A stretch of 18,948 bases of DNA from NCBI GenBank assembly GCA_024626585.2, contig JANKJI020000001.1:3864643-3883590 (forward strand), read 5' to 3'. The stretch comes from Ginkgo biloba. Taxonomy: Eukaryota; Plantae; Ginkgophyta. Numbering within the stretch: position 1 is the stretch's first letter; every line of letters begins with the position of its first letter. Position numbers and translations under genes: made by a program. Below are positions 11,024-18,948 of this stretch, in pieces. A model generated the notes under the pieces. That model was not told the origin of the DNA. It made no database searches and saw nothing but the letters and a program-made list of their open reading frames with translations.

Positions 11024-11393
11024 TGTTATCCCCTCTTAATATACTTTTCATTTAAAGCATGGGTCCCCATTATTGATTTTAGCCTTTCAATTTATAGGCC
11101 CACCTATTAGGGTTTAGGAATCTTTGTTTGATGATAAAATATGGATTATTATAATGTAATATCACTTTATAATATATGTAATGAAAAATTAGGCCGATGG
11201 CAGTTGAACCATTCAACTACTTCATCCACTTATAAATACATGCATGTTATCGATCATGGTATTGGAGAATAGAGAGTGAATGGTTATGAATATAATTCTC
11301 AGGGTAGTCTTAGGTTTAAGACTAACCCTCATCTTAATGAATCTTTTTATTCTCTTATCTCTGTGTGTGTATCTTATGAATGGTTTGTTGAGT
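11024..11393 (+). repeat. Probable LTR fragment of another family (U3-TATA-R like)
   Basis: Starts TGTTATCCCC, has TATAAATA at 11231-11238 and hairpins at 11202-11218 and 11301-11329, then T/G-rich sequence. No second copy is available to confirm it. Confidence 0.35.
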
Positions 11394-11495
11394 NNNNNNN
11401 NNNNNNNNNNNNNNNNNNNNNNNNNNNNNNNNNNNNNNNNNNNNNNNNNNNNNNNNNNNNNNNNNNNNNNNNNNNNNNNNNNNNNNNNNNNNNCA

Positions 11496-11750
11496 CATGT
11501 TGTAAAATTATTTTTTTTTTATTTTTGGACACACTTCAGATTACCTTATTCTATTATTTTAGATAGATATGGTGTATTTTAAAGTAATTTTTGGACTCAC
11601 TTGTGGGAGATGAAGGATACCAAGTTGAAAAGGTCCACCTCTTTTCATCCATAGATAGATGGACAAACAAAAGTTATGAATATAATAGTTGTGCATGCCT
11701 TATGGATATACAAATCTAGTCATCCCAAGACTTAGGACCAATAATCATCC
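11496..11750 (+). mobile_element. pol: Decayed Ty3/gypsy integrase core fragment (related to 14015-15905)
   Basis: HVVKLFFFYFWTHFRLPYSIILDRYGVF*SNFWTHLWEMKDTKLKRSTSFHP*IDGQTKVMNIIVVHALWIYKSSHPKT*DQ matches the 'GLP.SIISDRD.RF.S.FW..LW...TKLK.STAFHPQTDGQTE' motif. Confidence 0.9.
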
Positions 11751-13310
11751 TAGGATTTATTAGAAGGGGTCCTTAAAAAGGGAATACATAACACTTCACA
11801 ACCTCCTTCCCCACTGACACTTATATCTAGTTGGCTAGGGGAAAGAAAATCAAAGGGCCCTTATGAAGGTAAGGGGTCTTAATCCCAACAGTACAACACC
11901 AAGTTTTAAAGTGTGAGTTTATTGGCCTATCTCTGATAGATATGTTGGATGGGTTCTATAAAAAGTATGAAGTAATCCTTTAAGGTAGTTAAACCTCAAT
12001 AATGGTTGTATGTGATAATGTTATAAGTGACTTTCAATAACTCTAGGATATCTAGAATGATCTAAATCCTAGAATAAGATACCTCTAAGAAAATTATGCC
12101 TCATTTATAGATACCTTCAATGAATATGGATGATGCTAGTGATGTTAATGATATCAATGAAAATATAGAGGGGCTTGAGAAATAATGATATAAGGATGGA
12201 CTAATTTATCAAAAGGACCAACACTAGTTGAAAGGGGGTCCCTCTAAGATTTTGGTCCAAATATTGAACATTTGATTACATGATGGTGTATAATGAGGAA
12301 CCTAATGGTGGAGGTCAAGTTGTTGTATTTGGCTCCAAGTTAGGTCATGCTAGGATATAAGAGAAGACAACATACCTAATTAAAAATCTTAGGGTCTATA
12401 TAGATAAAGAGAGATAAAATATTTGGAAAAAAAAAAATTATTGGGTGGGACCATAGGGGACACTCCCTAATAGAAAGAAGACTTGGTTAGAAAAATTGGT
12501 CAGCAATAATATTACCTTTAAATTTAAACTTTATATTATTTTTCTTAACTAAATGTTAATTTTTAGGGGAAAATGGATAAAATATCAAAAACGTGTTGAG
12601 CATATACTCGTAACATTAATGCATGTCTAAGGATAGTATGTTCTTTATAAAAAGATCCAATTATATATTTGGTTAAACAAAGATTGATTACTTGGGACAT
12701 GTCACTTCCATAGGAGAAACATTAATCTCATATAAATAAATATAATTCTAAATTTGCCAAAACTAAAATATATTAACATATTAAGATGATTTCTAGCTTA
12801 GTGGGCACTATAAAATATTTCTCAAATTCTACACATAGGTCACTATAATCATTATTGAAATTTTAAAAAAGGCATCATTTAATTAAAGCAAACAGGTCAA
12901 AGAATGATTTCATAAACTCAGGTATATAATAATTATAATAAAAGTGAATGATAATTTAGAGTTTGCCAAACCATTTATTTTAGAGTAGAATGTTATGGAA
13001 ATATGGTTGAGATAGTATTAATATAAGATGGTTTATGCTTTGAATTTGGATTATTCATGGTTAGAGGATATGGTTCATTAATTATGTATGTATATTATTA
13101 AACATCTACTATGCCGATTCTATTAAAACTTATATTAATGATAGTATTTAAGACTAATCTTGATCATAGGATCTTNNNNNNNNNNNNNNNNNNNNNNNNN
13201 NNNNNNNNNNNNNNNNNNNNNNNNNNNNNNNNNNNNNNNNNNNNNNNNNNNNNNNNNNNNNNNNNNNNNNNNNNNGCCTACAACTAATTATGGTGCCAAA
13301 ATTAGTCTTA

Positions 13311-14014
13311 TGATCTCTCTTGGAGAAAGGCATGGTATTCCCTATCGAGTTCCTCCTTCACTGCGTATTTTACCTTAAAGTCAAGAACTCTTAAGGAATA
13401 TCTTACATGCATGAGAACTTCACATATAGACCAACATAATGACCAACCAATATCCTATTACCCTACAACACACTTGCACAAATTCTAAAAACTAAAATTC
13501 TACACTCATAAGATTGCAAAGAAAAGAATCTACTCATAAAGGAACCAATGGATAACAAAGAATATGCTCTCTTTCAATTATAAGTATGCAGAGTGTAAAA
13601 AAAGTTACAAAATATGTGTTGACTTCTTTTATATGAAGCCGTATAAAAATATAGTAATATAGGCCAAGAAAGAAAATGTTCCCATGTAATGCATATAATA
13701 TCTAATTAGAGAAATTTGAGAAAGGAAATATGCCCATACAAACCCTAAACTTATATAATTTTCGATGCAATTGTTGATTGGTTTCAATACAAGGAATCCA
13801 TGATTCCTAAATACATCAAGTTTTCATAAGTGAGAGAAAATTAAATATGGAATAAAAAATCTCACAATAATAGATAATAAATATAAATAATCCTCTCACA
13901 CGATTACTAATAATAATCCTCTCTTAGGACTTCTCATTGTCATGTCTCCTAAATAGTATAAACTCCATGGGACCACATGTAAAGTTCCCCTTTTAAGTGC
14001 TCGATGGAACATCA
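13311..14014 (-). repeat. 3' LTR of the CRM-like element; start at 14014 is good, distal end tentative
   Basis: TGATG on the minus strand immediately follows a PPT. There is a TATA-like TATAAAAG near 13630 (-), and a candidate GATCA end at 13311. Confidence 0.55.
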
Positions 14015-14025
14015 CTTCCTCCTCC
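14015..14025 (-). promoter_or_regulatory. Polypurine tract
   Basis: GGAGGAGGAAG directly followed by TGATG on the minus strand, downstream of the integrase. Confidence 0.8.
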
Positions 14026-15905
14026 AAATGAAGTAATGGACCCTATTACATTACTTAGTCCAAGAGGTATCATAAATCCTCCTTCAATCTATTGAAGGTA
14101 ATCCACCTAGACTAATGTAGGTACTAACCATTCCTCACAATAAGGAATGAGTCTAATGTATAAGATATTATATTCTTCACCTAATTCTAAAATACCCTAT
14201 CCTTATGAATAGGATCTATAACATCTATAATCATCACATTTGTATGTTGAGGTGAATNNNNNNNNNNNNNNNNNAATTTTTAGGAAACTCCTCCAACACT
14301 AGTGGCTCATAAATATTTAACTTGTCCATATAATAAACACAAGGTAGAGTCCCATATAAGGTGGAAAGTCTTATAAAAATTAATTAGATATACATTTCAT
14401 TGGACACTATGATGTAAGGGTCATATATAAAAGTATTGATCTTTCTCTCCTTCTCCTTAAATATCTCCTTTGGAAGATAAATCCAAACTCTATCTCCCAC
14501 CTAAAATGTATGATCTACATGATGATAATAACTGACCTCTTTACACTTATATTGAGCCTTCTCTAAGGCCTTGTGTACCTATATATATACTCTCTAAATG
14601 TACTTTATAAAGTGAGTGTCTTTCCCATGATCCTATTACTTAAAATAAGGTGATATAGAAGACAATGTTGGAAACTATAAATTAAGTGGAGAGTCAATAA
14701 AGAACCCCAAACAAACCTCCAAATGAGAAATTCAAATAGAATGATGAACAAATATATTGTAGTTATGTTGAATATAAGGGGGAGACTCATCCAAAGTCTT
14801 AGGATGGATATAATTATAAATTTATAATGCATATACCAAGGTCCTATTCATAAACTCCATCTGACCGTCTATTTAAGGATAGAAAGAAGTTGACTACTTC
14901 AAATTCTTATACATCATCCCCCATATATGTGCCTAAAAGTAGCTCAAGAATCTTCCATACCTATTTGAAATAATAGAATATGGCAATCCTAAGTGATTCC
15001 AAACATATGTGAAAAATAACCCGACAACCTATAGTGTTGAAATTGTCCTCTAGTATACTATTGAGATAGGCATTTTGCTAAACCTATCTATCATAATATA
15101 AATATAATTATGACCCCTCTATATCGTTAGGAAACCACCAAGAAAATCCATAGATATAGACTCCCATGTATGATCTATAATAATTAATGGATTATACTTC
15201 CCAAACTTCTTGCTAGAAGACTTTGAAGTGAAACATAAAGAACAAGCTCAAACATATCTCTATGCATCTAACTACATCTTGGGCTAGAATAAATAACATT
15301 ATAGATGTGCAATAGTTATATTCATTCCAAAGTGACTTTCCACTTTAGAATGGTGTGGATCCTAAATCAATTATGGTTTATAATTACCATTAGGAACACA
15401 TGATAACCTAAGTATAAATAGTNNNNNNNNNNNNNNNTTGAGGTGATAGTCGCTCAAATAATCCTCTTTAACAATAAAAGGATCTAACAATTGAGTCATA
15501 ATATATGCAAAATCAATATTAATTGAATTCAATTATTTCCACTTAGTAAAGATAAAATAAGAAGCATCTAATACCTACAATAAAAAGTGAACTAGTGGTA
15601 TGTTGAGAAATTCTACCACTATGTTATTTCATCCCTTAATGATGATATGAAACTTTAGCAAGTATCCTATCCATTGACCAACCTATAAACCTCTAATTTT
15701 TCCTAAGAGTGAAGGAACTATGGAGGTTGATGCTTAGAGTGAATGATGGTCTCCTTTCAAAGGAGATAATGCTACTAATATTTCATAGCCTAAATTTTAG
15801 CATAAATATCCTTATATTATGTGATATACCTCTACACTATATCTAAAAAATACTCAAAGTGATATAAAATTGGATTGCCTAACCATGTCATAATTAATCC
15901 AATGG
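14026..15905 (-). mobile_element. pol: Highly decayed Ty3/gypsy pol (RNase H, integrase, chromodomain-like tail), CRM-like
   Basis: RNase H: IGLIMTWLGNPILYHFEYF..YKDIYAKI*AMKY**HYLL*KETIIHSKHQP..WIGYLLKFHIIIKG. HHCC: PHHSKVESHFG..F*PKM*LDA*RYV*ACSLC. Core: WESISMDFLGGF..IDRFSKM..LFFTYVWNHLGLPYSIISNRYGRFLSYF..STSFYP*IDGQMEFMNRTL..HPKTLDESPPYIQHNYN. C-terminal: F*VGDRVWIYLPKE..IYDPY..PPYMGL..DKLNIYEP. Colinear across two short sized gaps. Confidence 0.92.
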
Positions 15906-17350
15906 NNNNNNNNNNNNNNNNNNNNNNNNNNNNNNNNNNNNNNNNNNNNNNNNNNNNNNNNNNNNNNNNNNNNNNNNNNNNNNNNNNNNNNNNNNNNNNN
16001 NNNNNGCAATGCTTATCCTTCCACTTGGTCTTCATTAATCTTCTATTAGGGTCATTACAGTCTCAAAGAATGTTATTAGGTGAAGAAGTTACTATGTGAG
16101 AGTATTATTGCATGGATATCGGAATCATGTGGATAATGTATGACTATTTTATAATCCTTAGGTGTATTCTACTAGTAAATGAGGATGAAGACATATCTCT
16201 CCTAGCATCTAATGACGATGCCCCTCTCAAGGGGATGAAAAAATTGGTGATNNNNNNNNNNNCACCCTTTCTATGAGGTAGTAGGATGGAGGATATGGTG
16301 GGGGGTCTATTAGGCAATCTAATTGTCTATCAAGTAGTCCTGGAGGCTAGGTAGCATCTCTTAGATATGTGAATGATACTATGTGAATTAATATAATAAA
16401 AGGGTAACTTTCATCCATTTGGTCCTAGAATTGGTTGAAAGAAGGAAGTGATGATATTGTTTTATGTATCTCTCTCTCTTAGAAGATGTCATCAATGGGA
16501 GAATAACTCTCTAGTGAATAACACTAAGAATTTTAGTCCTTATATTTGACAAAGATGAATAAACAACCATCGATACTCCTAAGAGAAAATAATATCTACA
16601 TATGATCTCATAATACACTAGACATTTGAAAATAAAATGCTCCTTCGTCTACATTGGAGATAAGATTCCTTTTTGAGCATCCCGTAATTATAGAAGTTAA
16701 GTTGCTCTTGGAAATAATTAGAATCTTTTCAAAAATCTTCCCCAAAAAAATATTTTTTAATAGTCATCGTTTCTAAGGGGGCCTTCACATGGCTCAATGT
16801 AGCTTGAATAATATTTCGTCTCCAATGATTCTATACATTTGCTCTCTAGCATCTTTAATGATTACTCGTCAAACGTATTTGGGCTATTCATTGTTTGATT
16901 TTTCTAGGTCACATGAATGGGCATGGCAATTTGCATTGGCCATTTAATGCTATCAAATAAAACCTTGTTTTAAGTATAATGATGTGCACATGAGCCTTTG
17001 GACAACAANNNNNNNNNNNNNNNNNNNNNNNNNNNNNNNNNNNNNNNNNNNNNNNNNNNNNNNNNNNNNNNNNNNNNNNNNNNNNNNNNNNNNNNNNNNN
17101 NNNNNNNNGTCTCTCTCAGCTCCAACGGGACTGTTTGGTGAGCATTAACTCTGGCAATGACTCTTCCATTAATGATTGTGCATCATCATGTCTACCTTAG
17201 TGCTTGGGCTCACTACCGCCAATTAGTCTTTAGCCTTTGTTGGCCTGGACTATCATCCTTTTTCCTCTGTATGGCCACCTCACGTCAATTTACAATCTTC
17301 CACCAACAAGGTTTGTCAGTNNNNNNNNNNNNNNNNNNNNNNNNNNNNNN

Positions 17351-17705
17351 CGATGAGGTTCAAATCCGCTTGCCAAAAGTGTGTCGATTTTCCCTCTTTC
17401 ACCGACATGGTCAGTGTGCTACTTCATCGACGATGTCGAAACTCTACACTCCATCAACAATATCAATTATGCCTTCTATCCTCAGCTTTGATTTACCTTT
17501 CTCCACCGATGATGCCTATTCCCCATTCTGGAGATGATGTCAGTTTTTCCTTCCATATCGACGAGGTCAAATTTTATGGTCACTGACATGGTCAATTTTC
17601 TCCTNNNNNNNNNNNNNNNNNNNNNNNNNNNCCGACGACGTTAGTCTCGCCTTTTGCTAATGTGGTCAGTTTGCTAACTCCCACCAATGGCATTGGCCAT
17701 CCGAC
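17351..17705. repeat. Degenerate ~26-bp tandem array with a GAC-NNN-GTC core
   Basis: Units start at 17400 (caccgacatggtcagt), 17425 (catcgacgatgtcgaa), 17452 (catcaacaatatcaat), 17504 (caccgatgatgcctat), 17529 (tggagatgatgtcagt), 17556 (tatcgacgaggtcaaa), 17581 (cactgacatggtcaat), ~17630 (ccgacgacgttagt), 17655 (tgctaatgtggtcagt) and 17682 (caccaatggc). Confidence 0.7.
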
Positions 17706-18332
17706 ACAATGGGCGCCGAATGCTCCTGCATCATTTTATTAGTTATAAAATATTTTATATATAATGTTTTATAACTCTTATTATATTATAATAGAAATGG
17801 GATTCGTTCTTATCCCTTTGAGAAATTTAATTTTCATCTTGTAGTTATGAGTAAGGTATAGTTTATGGAGGGAATCTCAACTAGGTAGTTTCATCCTAGA
17901 TCTTGATGTTGTATTTCTATAGGAATGATATAGAGGGTAGAGACATTTGTTTCCTTTTATAAGAAGGATTACATTTATTACCCTAGGTATTGTTGCCCAT
18001 GTTGATAAGGTAAATAACACTAGGACATGTGATGAAGAAGACGATCTAGCTCATTTAGAGAAATGATAGGATTGGTAGATAGCCTAAGATAAATATTTCC
18101 ATTAGTATTTTGGATCAATCTCTCATTTTTTATAAAGTGAAAGTAGTAGTTCTAGTTCATTCGCCATTTTACACCAAATTTATTATGTACATGCACACAT
18201 TTTGGAATCATATATATAAATAAAACTTGTGTAGATCTTCTCTTTATATATGGTTTGCATTTTATGGATTTCTTATTTTTAAAATTTTTCATGACAATTT
18301 TGTATTTACATGAAACAACATATGTTCATTAG

Positions 18333-18948
18333 CTAAGGATAGAATTTTTTGATATAGATATTGTTGATTGGGTATCCATAAGATGTTCTTTCTCTGTAGA
18401 TTAATTGTTATGCTCTCGTATTAAGAATTCCCCTCATGATGTAAGGGCCATACCATTGAGGATTGAACTTTCTTGGCCCTATTTTTTCAATAGAATAATC
18501 ATATAGTAGTATGAGGTATCCCTCATTGAATTACCTAGGCCTAACATTTAAGTCATATAAATCCTCAACTCACTTATTTTTATCCCCCAAGTGTTGGAGA
18601 GTGAGATGGCATTACTCATCGAGTTGTTCAAGCTCTACTAGTCTCATTTCAAGTGGTGATAAATCATGAAAGTTATTGTGTAGTGATATTGAGTGAAGGA
18701 ATCTTCCACTATATTAATAGAATAGCCTCTATCTTGTACCCCAATGAAAATGGTGTGAACCTTATAGAAACTTTTGTAGTTGTCATATATGCCCAAAGAG
18801 TTGAATAAATCTTCGTGTGTCAGTATCACTTATGCACCAAAATAGTTCATTGGATTATTGTCTTGATTACTTTGTTTATAGCCTTCACTTTAACATTGGA
18901 TTGGGATAATATGGAAAATACATATTATGATCAATCCATAATTTCTCA
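18333..18948 (-). mobile_element. pol: Decayed Ty3/gypsy integrase C-terminal part, Tat-like; begins beyond the right edge
   Basis: QSNVKVKAINKVIKTIIQ*T..TLWAYMTTTKVSIRFTPFSL..EAIL..IPSL..LEMRLVELEQLDE..YDLNVRPR*FNEGYLILLYD..IGPRKFNPQWYGPYIM..YPINNIYIKKFYP*. GPY motif and 'YLKKYY*'-type ending; stop at 18333-18335. Confidence 0.9.

Larger units (their letters stand above)
2303..17631. other. Assembly gaps: nine 100-N gaps (starting 2303, 4482, 7041, 8512, 10097, 11394, 13176, 15906, 17009) and seven sized gaps of 11-52 N (6616, 10730, 14258, 15423, 16252, 17321, 17605)
   Basis: Counted directly from the sequence. Confidence 0.97.

Noticed and set aside
11015-11030. Alternative copia LTR end at TAACA (11023) followed by PBS-like tgttatc
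   Set aside because: Similarity to the second LTR copy stops near 10929, and the PBS match does not extend to AGAGC.
13886-13923. Direct repeat aataatcctctc x2
   Set aside because: An ordinary small duplication inside an LTR.
16006-17008. Segment with proline-rich minus-strand patches
   Set aside because: Probably TE-derived, but no domain could be identified.
2217-17537. ORFs containing X runs (e.g. 2257-2637, 8374-8757, 10050-10286, 11276-11566, 15875-16099)
   Set aside because: Their length is inflated by N gaps; they join unrelated segments or are antisense to TE domains.
17351-17705. CRISPR-like repeat-spacer array
   Set aside because: Units are only ~26 bp in total and highly degenerate, with no constant repeat plus unique spacer. 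There are no cas genes and the context is plant retrotransposon DNA.
17701-17722. Possible Tat-type tRNA-Lys PBS (minus strand cggcgcccattgtg)
   Set aside because: Only a partial match to TGGCGCCCACCGTGGGG, it lacks the 5' TGG, and no LTR end or gag supports it.

Overview
This window is AT-rich, heavily fragmented eukaryotic DNA, almost certainly from a large plant genome. A gymnosperm-like origin is my inference from the retroelement peptide motifs. I see no intact host gene, RNA gene or CRISPR array. The window is a set of decayed LTR-retrotransposon remnants in roughly 1-2.6 kb segments separated by nine 100-N gaps and seven short sized gaps. Recognisable pieces: an Athila-like Ty3/gypsy RT-RNaseH-integrase (1-1813, -); a CRM-like gag-protease with PBS and LTR end (2403-3910, -); Reina/IFG-like RNase H (8020-8511, -) and protease (9845-10096, +) fragments; a Ty1/copia RNase H + PPT + 3' LTR (10198-10929, +), with a second copy of that LTR at 7647-7987; two CRM-like integrase remnants (11496-11750 +; 14015-15905 - with RNase H, HHCC, a chromodomain-like tail, PPT and a TGATG LTR start); and a Tat-like integrase C-terminus (18333-18948, -). 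I cannot support an undescribed biological system here. The most unusual signals are a degenerate array of GAC-NNN-GTC palindromic units with alternating 25/27-bp spacing (17400-17700), and a PBS fused directly to the middle of gag, which creates a chimeric LTR-initiated ORF (3449-3946). All translations and alignments were done by eye; lineage names come from remembered motifs, not from searches.
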